A DNA stretch of 64,000 bases, taken from assembly GCF_001194135.2 (NCBI RefSeq), contig NC_068990.1:57630539-57694538 (forward strand), given 5' to 3'. The notes under the pieces are model-generated. The model saw only the letters and a list, made by a program, of their open reading frames with translations. It did not search any database and was not told where the DNA came from. Position numbers and translations under genes: made by a program. Source of the stretch: Octopus bimaculoides. Taxonomy: Eukaryota. Below are positions 25,242-37,268 of the stretch, one piece after another (the stretch's first letter is position 1; each line of letters begins with the position of its first letter).

Positions 25242-25597
25242 AACAGGGAAGAAAATAAAAATATGAAAAGAGAGACGATTAAAAGGAGAAATAGAATGAG
25301 TGGAAAATATATGTAGGCATGCATGTATGTATGTATTATGCACTTTCCATTGATGACGACTTATGAGCGTTCAGCTTTTGCCGAAAGACCAGTACAAATG
25401 ATTTATTTATAGGGATCAAATATACTGTATATACAGTACTTTAACTCCGCCCCTCCACCAAATCGATGTTGCCTGAACAGGTGAACGGTGTTCCACGNNN
25501 NNNNNNNNNNNNNNNNNNNNNNNNNNNNNNNNNNNNNNNNNNNNNNNNNNNNNNNNNNNNNNNNNNNNNNNNNNNNNNNNNNNNNNNNNNNNNNNNN

Positions 25598-25631
<34 letters not shown>

Positions 25632-25687
25632 CACACACACACTCATCCATGCATACGTACATACATACATACATATATACTTACATA

Positions 25688-26947
25688 CAGGGTGCGATGG
25701 GTAAATTGTCACCATTTCATTTTTTTTATTTCGCGCATGCGTATTGTTTGTTTTTGATTTTGTCAGCTACACAGTATAGTAGGGTCAGTTGGACCCCGTC
25801 TATAAGAAAAACTGCACCATGACGCAATTCATTCTGCCAGAAATTTTGAAATGACATGCTGTATTGCTTGGCATTCGCGCCGGAAGTTCTAATACGACCA
25901 TTTCAGAGTGTTTGGGTGTCAATCTGAGGATAGTGCAGAGGATTCTGAAAGAGTTGGCTGAGTCTAATGGAGATTGCGAAGGTACGACAGCTCGGAAACT
26001 CATTCTGATCGTTCTGATAAGAAAAGAACTCCTGAATTTGTTGGTAAGATTCAGGCCATGATTGACAATGATCCCTCCAAGTTAATTAGGTCCACCGCCA
26101 GGGATAAGGGGAATGTTTGAGTTTCTTATCAGGCAGGTAAAAAGACACTCTGTATTCCTGATACAAGATGAGAAAGAGTCAATTTTTATCGCTAGCCATC
26201 AAGAAAGACCACGCTATGAAGCTTTTGAAGAAACTGAAGCATTCCTTCCAACCAAACATGCTTTGGTTTTTCTCAGACAAGAAAAAATTCTGCCAGACTC
26301 AGACAGTGACCACACAGAACAACCGATAGCAGCTGTGTCCCCAAAATATGTACTGAGAGTGATAAAAATCGAGCATCCAGTCAACATCATGGTGTTTGGA
26401 GTGATTAGTAGTGATGGCGACGCTATGCCTCCAATCATCTTCCCACACAGCATCACACTCAACACGGAAGCCTACATCAAGTGCCTGGAGAGGTAGTGCT
26501 GCCCTGAGTCAAGAGGGTGGCTGCTGGAAGACCCTATGTCTAGCAACAGTACTCAGCACCATGCCACACAAGCAGAAGAACCCAGTCGTGGCTGTCTTTC
26601 TGCGACCACATCACCCCAAACATCTGGCCACTTAACTCCCCAGAGTACGTACAACTCCCTTGATTATTATGTGCGGTGCGCAGTTAAGCGAGAGACCAAC
26701 AAAACTCCTTGTAACAGCAAAGATGAACTGAAGGCAATGATTATGGTAGCATTCTCCAACTTAAACAAGGAGTCCGCCCAGAAGAGTTGCAGAAAACTCT
26801 GAAGTCATTTGGAGGCCGTAGTTGTAGCCAATGGCGATTATATTGTTTAAATTTACTTTTTCATATTTCAAGATATTTTTATGTAATTTTGGTAAATATT
26901 AAAATGAGATGACAGTGTTATTTTCATTTTTGCATAATTTAGACCTG
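25688..26947 (+). mobile_element. Decayed DD37D (maT-like) Tc1/mariner-superfamily DNA transposon
   Basis: TA-cagggtgcg...cctg-TA ends. HTH region ISECLGVNLRIVQRI; catalytic region MVFGVISSDG...QQYSAPCHTSRRTQSWL...NIW...LDYYV...; ends LEAVVVANGDYI*. Several stops and frameshifts. Confidence 0.88.
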
Positions 26948-26949
26948 TA

Positions 26950-27190
26950 TATATTTGTATGCCGAAATACCAGGTTACAGCGACCTAAACAAGCAAACAT
27001 TGACAGTCAAGCAGTGGTGGGTGACAAACACACACATACGACGGGCTTCTTTCAGTTTCCGTCAGATAAATCTACTTTGGTCGGCTTGGGCTCTATAGTT
27101 GGTGACATTTACCCAAGGCATCACACATCGAGACTGAAACTGAGACCACCTAATAGAAAAGTAAACTTCGTACTACAGAGCTACGCCTAG
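26950..27190 (-). mobile_element. SINE family A, degenerate
   Basis: acgacgggcttctttcagtttccgtc...ttacccaaggcatcac. Confidence 0.75.
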
Positions 27191-28254
27191 ATGTACATAG
27201 AAAATAATTTTCAAACTTTCTTGTATGTTTTTATATTTTCTTTGTTTTCAAGCACACTTAAAATTTTATATTTTACGATTTTAAATTACTTTAGTGTTAT
27301 TTCTTAATTTCCTTTTTAAAAAAATGTTCAGGACAACAAAATACATCCCTATAAACTGTCTAATAACAGACTCAGGCAGTACTTATAATTTTATACCAAA
27401 TTATTCGCTACAAAATACTAAAAATATCTACCGACTAGCCAATGCAACTCTATTTTTACAAATTTCTCATTGTAAGAAATTCTTCAAGCAAGATTCCACT
27501 AATAATCACCAAGAAATTCAATATGAAAACGATAAAAGATAAATTTTTGGTTTTGTAAATAAATAATAAAACTGTTAATTTTGTTATTTTGCGAAATGTC
27601 TTAGGAGGATTTTTGTTGACCATGGTCGGTCGACGTTATTATAAAATCTATTGAAGTTAAAGGAAGAAAAATAGACTCTATAGAGATACTTTTTAAAAAT
27701 AACTTCATCGTAGGTATTATATGTTTTTGGTTATCCCCAGTAGCTGCGTATGAAAGAATTTATATATATATTCTTCTATCAAATATCATGAAAATGCCGC
27801 TCTGCTCATATCAATATTGGGTAAGAAAGTAATGTTGGAATACATTGTTTTAGATTTGCTTCACTTCTATTTCTACTTCTACAGCATTAAGGCAGGTAAA
27901 AGGGTTAACAGCACGAACGTTTGTAAAGATAATATGAATGAAAAATTGCGTGTTGGGATTCAGATGATACTGGCAAGTTCCGGACTAGTGAATTCGAAGA
28001 TAAAAATAATGTTGTTTTACTAGAAATGATGAGACTTCATCTGGGATATTTTCAGGAAAGGAAAGCAAGTAAAGTATTCTTTAGAACAGATTTGTTGTCG
28101 GAAAAATAGATTTAAAGTGATTTGAGTATTTCGGAAGGTGAAGGGTAATACCAAAAGAAAATTAACTGGGGATAGATCACTAATAAATCATACAGTTTCT
28201 TGTACTGTGATATTGACATGAGAGTATCACAAAACTGAAAGTTTGATTCAAAAG

Positions 28255-28292
28255 ACAATATGTATGTATATATACACATACATACATACATG

Positions 28293-28352
<60 letters not shown>

Positions 28353-28453
28353 CTTACACCTAAACACACACATATAAAATACACTAAATATATATATAAT
28401 GTATATATATATATTTGTATATATATGTGTGTGTGTATATATATACATAATGT

Positions 28454-28498
<45 letters not shown>

Positions 28499-28508
28499 NN
28501 NNNNNNNN

Positions 28509-28552
<44 letters not shown>

Positions 28553-28560
28553 AATGTACA
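28255..28560. repeat. CA/TA microsatellite field (gap 28499-28508)
   Basis: Directly visible. Confidence 0.9.
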
Positions 28561-28600
28561 TATCCACATATATTTCCGGATTTTTCGATATGTATGTGAC

Positions 28601-28842
28601 CAATGAATGTCTTCGTGATCGTCTTCACAGAACAAAATGTTTATGTCTATTGCTGTACGAGATCAATGAATGTCACAGCGATTGACTTCAAAGAGAAAAT
28701 TCTTTATGCGTGTTGCTATATTAAATCAATGAATGTTTTACCAATCGTCTTCAAAGAGTAAATTGTTTATGTGTATTGGTATACGAGATCAATAAATGTC
28801 TAATCGATCGACTCCATAAAGCAAATTATTTATGCTTAAAAG
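28601..28842. repeat. 63-bp minisatellite, ~3.8 diverged units
   Basis: Units start CAAT(G/A)AATGT at 28601, 28664, 28727 and 28790. Confidence 0.85.
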
Positions 28843-29158
28843 TCGCATGCATGAAAAGAGGATATCATTTCCTCACAAAAATATATATCAGCTGCACCTT
28901 TTAGTGTCTATCGAAGTTTGTAACGCTATACGCGAGAAGAAAAAAAAAGTCAACTAACAAATAAACAAACAAACTGTACCGATTAAGAAACAATTTATTC
29001 GAAACTTAGGTAGGGAGTAAGGTAGAGGAAAGGAGCGTATACGTGCTAAGAGGGTTAAGTTTTGAAAAATTAAGTAACTTAACGAGGACTAGATAAGCGA
29101 CTACAATCATAAAATTGTTAGGATAACATGAGATTCTACAAAAAAAAATAAATTAATA

Positions 29159-29213
<55 letters not shown>

Positions 29214-29274
29214 GTAAATAAAGTAGTATAATATTTATCATAAGTTAATTATCTACATACAAATATTGATTTCT

Positions 29275-29485
29275 GATATTGGTTCAAGGGCACACATCGT
29301 TGAGGAAAGGTTTATTTGTTTAAATCGACTTCAGCATTAAAATAATTCTTTATTTTATCAAATCCTGGAAGTATGCAAGCAACGTAGACCTCAGTGGAAT
29401 TTAAACTCAGTAAAAAAGTTGGTCACAGTTATATATCTGAAGGATTTTTATCCGATGTTCTAACGATTTTGCGAATTCAGCTTCT
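29275..29485 (-). mobile_element. SINE family B, degenerate
   Basis: gtagacctcagtggaatttaaactcag...gatgttctaacgattt. Confidence 0.65.
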
Positions 29486-30251
29486 GAGACAGCGTAGATA
29501 AAATCAAATGATGCGAGGCACTGAGTATTACTGGTATTTCAGTGACCCCCCGCCACAATAACTACTCACAGTAACTAGATGTAAAATCCTTCGCAGTAGA
29601 ATCTTCTTGGTTTGGTTAAAGATTCCACTGCCGTGAAAGTAAATGCTGCACGTTCGGTATCATTGTGCTCTACTTTAGCAAGTGTCTTCTAGCATAGCCT
29701 CGGTGAGTATCTTCTCACACAGCAAAGACCTGGAAGTGAAATTTGGCAGATAGAAACTTTATGGAATCTAGCTGGAGGGACTGTTCTTCTTTGGTGACAA
29801 ACTTCTTTCACGCTTGGTTTAACATTATTTCTTTGCTTTCGGGTAACTTTAGTGGTGAAGTTCAATCTGTTGCGGACATTGAGGCTAAGTCTCAAGTCTG
29901 AGAATACCAACTCAACTTCCATATATTATTCCAGGAGAGAACTGACCAAGATCATAGACACCCTTACTCCTCTGAATATATTTAAAAAGCGTTAAAAAAA
30001 AACCAGTAAACTAGATTTATAATATAATTTTTCATGATTCTTAATATTAATATCAAATATAATATTGTCTATTATTTAACTAATCAATAATCTTAAGAAC
30101 GTATGTTGTCAAACATGAATTTTTTTATAGTGGTTAATTCGTTCAGATTTTCGGTATTCTCACTCGGTTTCCTGGACATGCAGCAGTGAAAGATGCATAC
30201 ACATATATATATATACAAATGTACACGTGCGCGCACCGCACCCCCTCACGC

Positions 30252-30299
<48 letters not shown>

Positions 30300-30307
<8 letters not shown>

Positions 30308-30455
30308 TCTGGCAACCGAATTTCACTCACAAACAGAACCAGTTAACTGGCAGTTGTAGCAGAAACCAATTTCCAGAATTACAACGTTGACGGATCGAAG
30401 TCGAGACTGCGTATTTGTGAAGCAAACTTCTTAACCACACAAACATACCTGCGCA
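30300..30455 (-). mobile_element. SINE family A-like, degenerate 5' half
   Basis: aatttcactcacaaac...gcaaacttcttaaccacacaaacatacctgcgc. Confidence 0.55.
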
Positions 30456-32039
30456 CTTTTACATCTATTACATAACTCTGAGAGACATTATGTCTATTAA
30501 CTGAAAAGTTCTAAGAAATAGATATTACAGCAATAACATATATTGTAAGTTTTAATGAGCAAAACTTACAGATATATCTGCACTTATTGCAAGATAAGGA
30601 ATCACTTGGCGGTTATGCATCACTCTCCTTTAAGTAAAGCTGAAAGCTGTGACTCTGATGGCGCCTATTTATTCCTAAAATAAACAATTAGGAGTAAATA
30701 ACTTGAGCAACAATACGACGTACTTTATCAATAGAAATATATAAGTTTAATAAACATATTTGCTGCTGCTGTAAAATTAGGCCCTTTTGTAAAACCATGT
30801 ACTTGAGGTGGCATGGAATGAGGACGGACGCGATTAATTTCGTCGTAGCTATGACTAAGGACGCGGTGATTTTTCCTTTCAATGGTGGTGAAAGAAAGGT
30901 GCGGAGAGTTTATCATTAAACTAAGCAAGATTGTTAATAATACATTTACGTAATGTACAAGATTTAATCTGCTTTACAGCACGATAGCGGTAAAAGTATA
31001 TGAACTGCTAAAGCATGGCCTTTTACTGTAACATTTCGACTAGTTATGATTTCATTTTATTGTGAACATTTGTTGCTACAAGTGCTTTTGCTCATAATCT
31101 TTTGGTGTCCAAATTCATACATTATGTTACATTTAAGGAGTTAGATCTCTATATGTGTTTAGTAATATTTTAAATTGTTGCAATCAACCTTTGAGATTAC
31201 AACAAACTAAAAGCAGACATGCAAATCTTGAAGGGATTATTTTTGTTTAGATAAATAAGAGAAACCAATAAAAATATAGCAAAATATGCAAGCAATTACC
31301 AAATTTGTTTTCAGGGAGATCTGATAATTCGAAAAACTTTTAACACCGAGAAAATGCGAATCATACAAAACATTGACGTTCTGCAATGTTTCCATAAATT
31401 GTCCCTAATGAGGTCACTGGTTTATATCAGATACTATATTAGGTAGGTTGTGAGAAACATATAAAATGCCCCAGTGAAATTCGTCATCTAAAATCTATTA
31501 ACAAATAACCGCAGAATGGAAAACAGGATGCTATTACCTGACATTTCGGTAACATAATAATTAGTTCCGAAGGGAAAAACAAAGTCACCTCAAAAGATAG
31601 TTGCGGATAAATCAGATATATCAGTCACGACAACATGAGCTACGACTACTATTTGAAATGCCTTTTGTTATAGCAGACCAAAAGCTATATTGTTTCCAGA
31701 AATATTACCCTAAATTGTATGGCGAATGTCACTCAAAGGTGACAATAATGTGGTTTCCTAATGCTGAAAATTTTCTTTATAAAGCTTTACTGTTTAATTA
31801 AAGCTAATGTCATTCAAAACCTCTTTTGAAATCTGGAATGTTACTAGAAATAAGCGGAGATAAGAATGCAATGATTATTTCCTATTACTAAATACTATTC
31901 ATGATTGATGAGATAATAATTTAACAGCAAAATTATGTATCCACATCCGATGTAGAGATAAATATGTTATTCTAGTCAAAATATATGCTTCGTTGTCGAT
32001 TAGTGTAGTCACTATCATAGCGGGAAAGTTTTCTTATAG

Positions 32040-32570
32040 CTGTGAGAGGTTACATGGACAAGTGGATAGCTGTTATGGTTGATGGCGTTAGAGAAACAAT
32101 GAAAAGTGTTTCATGTTCATTAATAGGTCAATGGCTCTCCACCTTAAAGACGTATAATATGTTCAGAGTAACACGGGTTTTAGTAGCTCATCTGTCTCAA
32201 AGCAATTGGCTACGGTCAGAAAATTTTGATTCGAGGAGTAAAGTAATTCAACCGGAAATGCAACCTATGTCAAAAATTCAGATTACCGGAAGCCTGCTAA
32301 TATTATACGGAGTTTGTTCGATGCTAAAGTGACTTTTGTCAAAAGAACCTAACTATACTTAACAATGTTTTAAAACATTATCCATCGCAATTGTACCTAG
32401 TTTCTGTGACCTACTCTTTGAAAGCATACACAGGCATTTACAGTCTTCACATAATAAGGAAGTATTGCTTTTCCTTTTAAAATAAAATTATAGAAGCCAT
32501 TAATGTGGAGTTCGATTTTCAACAGCGACGAATATCACAAGAAAAACATCTGATGATGACGAACCAAAAA
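32040..32570 (+). mobile_element. Possible highly degenerate BEL/Pao-like LTR retrotransposon integrase relic
   Basis: QKILIRGVK*FNRKCNLCQKF resembles the integrase zinc finger; the later RF..QRR...TSDD resembles RF..RRG...SDN. Many stops. Confidence 0.35.
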
Positions 32571-32924
32571 CTCTTTCAAGAAATAAACGAACTTAGCAAA
32601 ACCGGTTTCTCATTCAGCCAAATTCTAATATATCAGAGAATTTTTATGAAATAAATGCCTGTAATATATTCTTTCTACTACAGGAACAAGGCTGGGAACG
32701 TTTAGGGAGTGTGGAAGTCGACGATAGCAAAAGGATGAAAAGTAGAGTCAGTGGAAAAAATACCGCTTATTCCGTTCAGTGTGCTAACAATTATGTTAGC
32801 TCACCGCCATAATCAACAGAACACGACTTCTCTTATAAAGATGCACATCATGGCATAAATCTAATAAAAAAACATGAAACATTTACCTGGATTCGTTTTT
32901 AATTAATATGCAAAAAGTTTATTT

Positions 32925-33520
32925 ATTCTATCGACCCCAAAATGTTGAAAGGCAAAGTCGACCTCGACGGAAGTTAATCACAGAACGTAAAGACGGACGA
33001 AATGCTGCTAAACATTTTATCCGGTGTGTCAATGATTCTGCCAGATTACCTCCTTAATCTCTTTTAAATAATGTTTTCAAACTTTAGCACAAGGCCAGCA
33101 ATTTCGGGGTAGAGATAAGTCGATTTACTAGACTTCAATGTTCAACTGGTACTTATTTTATAGAGCCCAGAAAGGATGGATGGCAAAATCAACCGCGGCG
33201 GAATTTGAGTCCAGAGCGTAAAGACGGACGAAATGCCGTTAAGCATTTTACCCGGCGTGCTCACGTTTCTGCAAGTTTACCACCTAATTACTTTTAAATT
33301 ATCCTTTCTGCTATAGGCAGAAGGCCTGAAATGTTGGGGGAAGGGGGCTAGTCGATTACATTGATCCCAGTGCGTAACTGGTACTTATTTCATCGACCCT
33401 GAAAGGATGAAAGGCAAAGTGGATCTTGGCGTAATTTGAACTCAGAACATAGAGACGGACAAAATACCACTAAGCATTTTACCCAGCGTGCTCACCACTC
33501 TGCCAGCTCGCCGCTTTATC
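32925..33520 (-). mobile_element. SINE family B, three head-to-tail copies
   Basis: Copies at ~32925-33055, 33075-33285 and 33300-33520, each with aaggcaaagt...cgtaaagacggac...gattctgccag-like cores. Confidence 0.9.
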
Positions 33521-34276
33521 ACTTTTAAATAATAATAATGATTAAGGACGGGTTATGTTTTAGTTTTGAAATAAAGGAATAATACTGACATATCAGTGTC
33601 GAATAATATTCATTAATCATGTTTGATCAATGGAATTACTACTTCTTTCTCAAGCATATGTATCCAGCTATGGATAACCAGCCTGTTTACTTCAAGAAAA
33701 ATGCATTTTCAAGCTATACGAATGTCTAAAGTTTAACACTATATAAAATTAATTGCAAAAACAATTTTCAAAATTATTTACGGAAATGTAACCCTCCAAT
33801 CTTTAAAAGCAATCAAAGAGTCATACTCTCATGGGTGACAGCTTGCAAATGTAAACACAGAAATATATTTTATTATATAGTAGTGAGATATGACAAATGA
33901 GTTGCACTTAACTGTAATATATGTCTGCAAGTAGGCTGAACTCATTTTAGCGCTTCATAATTCTATATTTTAATTACAATAATAGCAGATTCTTAAGCAA
34001 AATAACAAAAATATATAGAAATGGATGAATGACAATTTTTAACGTTTATGCCTTCTCTAAAAGAACTGTGATATGTAGCCCAGTTTTAAATTCTGTTTTG
34101 TATCTATGTAGGGAATAGGCGTTTTAAAACACAGATGTATAATGAATCAACAAACCAATGTTTTACAGATATTTTGGATTGTTGCCATGTTGGATAAATG
34201 TAAGACAATAGTAATTCATTTGTCCAGCTCACCTTTAAAATGCCTCTATCCTGTTTGTAAAGTTTATGTATCTACT

Positions 34277-34277
<1 letters not shown>

Positions 34278-34349
<72 letters not shown>

Positions 34350-34350
34350 T
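34278..34350. repeat. (GT)n microsatellite
   Basis: Directly visible. Confidence 0.95.
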
Positions 34351-35084
34351 GTAAAGCCTCCGCGTAAGTATGTGTTTTGTGTGTTAGTGACAGTGTTAGA
34401 AGTGCAGTCAGAACACATGAGCGAAGTTCTTTTGTTGAATGTAATACAATTCAATGAATTTTTGACTTCTGTGATCTATCAGTGTGATCTGTACAAATTT
34501 TAGTTTCTTTACAACTACGACCACTACAATCACTGTTTATATTTATAAGATTCTTCCATAACTGCTCACTTCACCAGCTAAACAAATTGCCGTGAAATAA
34601 TATCATTATTCAAGATTGCTTTCTTATAACGTTGCTTATTTTTACAGAGAATTATCGTTTTGTTTTTATTTGTATTTTGTTTTTCTCTTCTTTTCTTTTT
34701 TTATGCTCTTCTTCGGTTTCGCTTCGTTTGCTATAAACCTTCCTGAAACTATTCCAATAGAGTCGTCTATAAAGTAGTATGTAGACATTCTTGGAACGTT
34801 TACGGATCGGCTCCTTTTCAGGAGTATATGGTTCGGTAACCCCTATAGCTTTTCATTTCACCTTGACTGGATAGATAGGAAACATTTTATTGGCCAATAA
34901 AAGGTCAATGCTTCGGTTTTCTTCATTTCCCAAGATTTATTTATTCTTATGATTTCTTTATACTATGATTTTAGAAACGGTACTTTCAATGTGTCTCCGT
35001 TAGACCAGTTTCTCATATGATTTCAACAAACTGGACCAATGTAAGCAAGAAATCTATAGCAGAACAATATATAATTGCTCTTAT

Positions 35085-35240
35085 TTTTGCTGCTGCTGAG
35101 TTCAAATTTCGCCGAGGTCGAGTTTGCCTTTCATCCTTTCGGGGGTCGATTAAATAAGTACCAGTTGAACTCTGGTGTCGATGTAATTGACACATACTCT
35201 CCCCCAAAATTTCTGCCCTTGTGGCAAAATATGAAACCAT
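35085..35240 (+). mobile_element. SINE family B, 5'-truncated
   Basis: ctgagttcaaatttcgccgaggtcgagtttgcctttcatcctttcggggg...ccttgtggcaaaatatgaaaccatta. Confidence 0.9.
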
Positions 35241-35869
35241 TATTTTTGCTGTTACTGCTGCTGTTGCTGTTATTTAGCCCAGGATCATTCATCAACTTGG
35301 ATAATTCTGTGACGGACCTGCCTCTCTTCTAAGGAGGCTTATATACACCAGAGAAACCGGGGAACCGTGCTTATGCTCCTTACGGAATGATGTTGACTAA
35401 CCAGTGGGTCGATATAATCATCTGTTCCTTCTATTATTTGTAACTTTATTCCTACGCAGAAAATATTATTAGAGAGATGAACTAGCAGGACAGTTACAAC
35501 ATTCAAAAATTGTCTTGGGATAATTTTCCTGGTTCTTTATGTTCTGGAATCAAATCTTGCCAAGATAAATTTTGCTTTTTATTCCTTCAGGGTAGACAAC
35601 ATAAAGTATCAATCATGCGCTGGTGTGATGGTATCGAGTTACCTACCGCCTCTCAATCTTACTGGCCTTGTGCCTACAGTAAAACTTGTTATTAAATTAT
35701 TTTTCTTTTTGTAACTGTCGTCGTTGCAATTATTAGATCTGAGTGGTGACAGAAATGTCAAATACCGGATTAAATGTCTTGTAGAGGCGTTTTATTCTTC
35801 AACAATTTGAATCTGCAATGCTTTTGCAATTATTACTTTAAGTCACTTCATTCATATTGCTAATTAATA

Positions 35870-36385
35870 TCAGTTTTAAATTTTGGCACAAGGCCAGCAA
35901 ATTCGGAAGGAGGGCTTAAGTCGATTACATCGATCCAGTATTCAGCTGGTACTTATTTTATTCTTTCTATTTCAGGCACAAGGCCTGAAATTTGGGAGAG
36001 GGGGACAATCGATTACATCGACATCGGAACTCAACTGGTACTTAGTTTATCGACACCTAAAGGATAAAAGGTAAAGTCGACCTCGGCGGAATTTGAACTC
36101 AGAAGTAAAGACAGACGAAATACCGCTAAGCATTTCGCCCGGCGTGCTAACGATTCTTATTTCTTTATTGCTCACAAGGGGATAAACATAGAGGGGATAA
36201 ACAAGGACAGACAAAGGGATTAAGTCGATTACATCGACCCCAATGCGTAAATGGTACTTAATTCATCGACCCCGAAAGGATGAAAGGCAAAGTAGGACTT
36301 GGCGGAATTTGAACTCAGAAGTAAAGACAGACGAAATACCGCTAAGCATTTCGCCCGGCGTGCTAACGATTCTGCCAGCTCGCGG
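35870..36385 (-). mobile_element. SINE family B, three tandem/nested copies
   Basis: Repeated tail and core modules; 36085-36157 is identical to 36301-36373. Confidence 0.9.
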
Positions 36386-36417
36386 CTTTTCTTGTTAATT
36401 AACATTAATAGTGAATC

Positions 36418-36925
36418 CAAGGTGGCGAGCTGGCTGAATTGTTAGCACGCAGAGCAAAATGATCAGCTGCATTTCGTTCGTCTTTACGTTCTGATTTCAA
36501 ATTCCACCGGGAGTGACTTTGCCTTTCATACTTTCGGGTTCGATAAAATAAGTACCAGTCGAACACTGGGGTCGATGTAATCAACTTAACTGCTTCGAAC
36601 TTATTATTATGTACTACAGTAAGTATCAGACATTTTCTTTTTCTAATGTGAACGACAAAGAATTTCATTCACCATATTTACTGAAGTAATAATGGAAGTG
36701 TTATAAGGCGGCGAGCTGGCAGAAATGATAGCGCGCCGGGCGATTTGCCTAGCGGTATTTCGTCTGTCTTTACGTTCTGAGTTCAAATTCTGTCGAGGTC
36801 GACTTTGCTTTTTATCCTTTCGGGGTCGATAAATTAAGTACCAGTTGCATACTGGTATCGGCCTGATCGGTTGCTCCCCAGCTACCCCAAAATTTCGGGG
36901 TCTTGTGCCTAGAACAGAAAAGAAT
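36418..36925 (+). mobile_element. SINE family B, two copies inverted relative to 35870-36385
   Basis: Heads aggtggcgagctggc (~36420) and aggcggcgagctggc (~36706). Confidence 0.9.
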
Positions 36926-37196
36926 AATGAAAGTGTTATTAAGCGATTGTAAAAGAATGGTTATTTGTTGATATAAGGAATGAGAAGTGTTTAGAAAATC
37001 ATTATGATTTGATTTCAAATTCAGTCTTCAGAGTCGGTGCTTCACTACGTATTTTTCCTTTAAAATCCATTTAGTTTTAGTAATCTTAACAGCATTTATT
37101 CTTTAGAAATTAGTGTGAATCCTGTTTTCTTCCTTGGTTTTGTTTTTAAATGTAGCTTGTTTTAGACGCATTTTATCTCTATCTTGTTCATCCCAG

Positions 37197-37268
37197 TGGG
37201 AAACTCGGCCAATTATTTGGTTGTCTCACCTTTGTATTCTCCAGTTGTAGCTAACTCCATCTCTCTAG
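37197..37268 (+). other. Candidate 72-nt internal exon (unverified)
   Basis: Acceptor tttatctctatcttgttcatcccag and donor AG/gtaagc; one frame open (GNSANYLVVSPLYSPVVANSISL); no recognised homology. Confidence 0.2.

Noticed and set aside
27984-27996. actagtgaattcg (SpeI-EcoRI), resembling a cloning polylinker
   Set aside because: Only 13 nt with native-looking flanks; expected by chance.
29689-29922. Minus-strand ORF MEVELVFSDLRL...
   Set aside because: No recognisable motif, no convincing splice pair, and its end overlaps a SINE A fragment.
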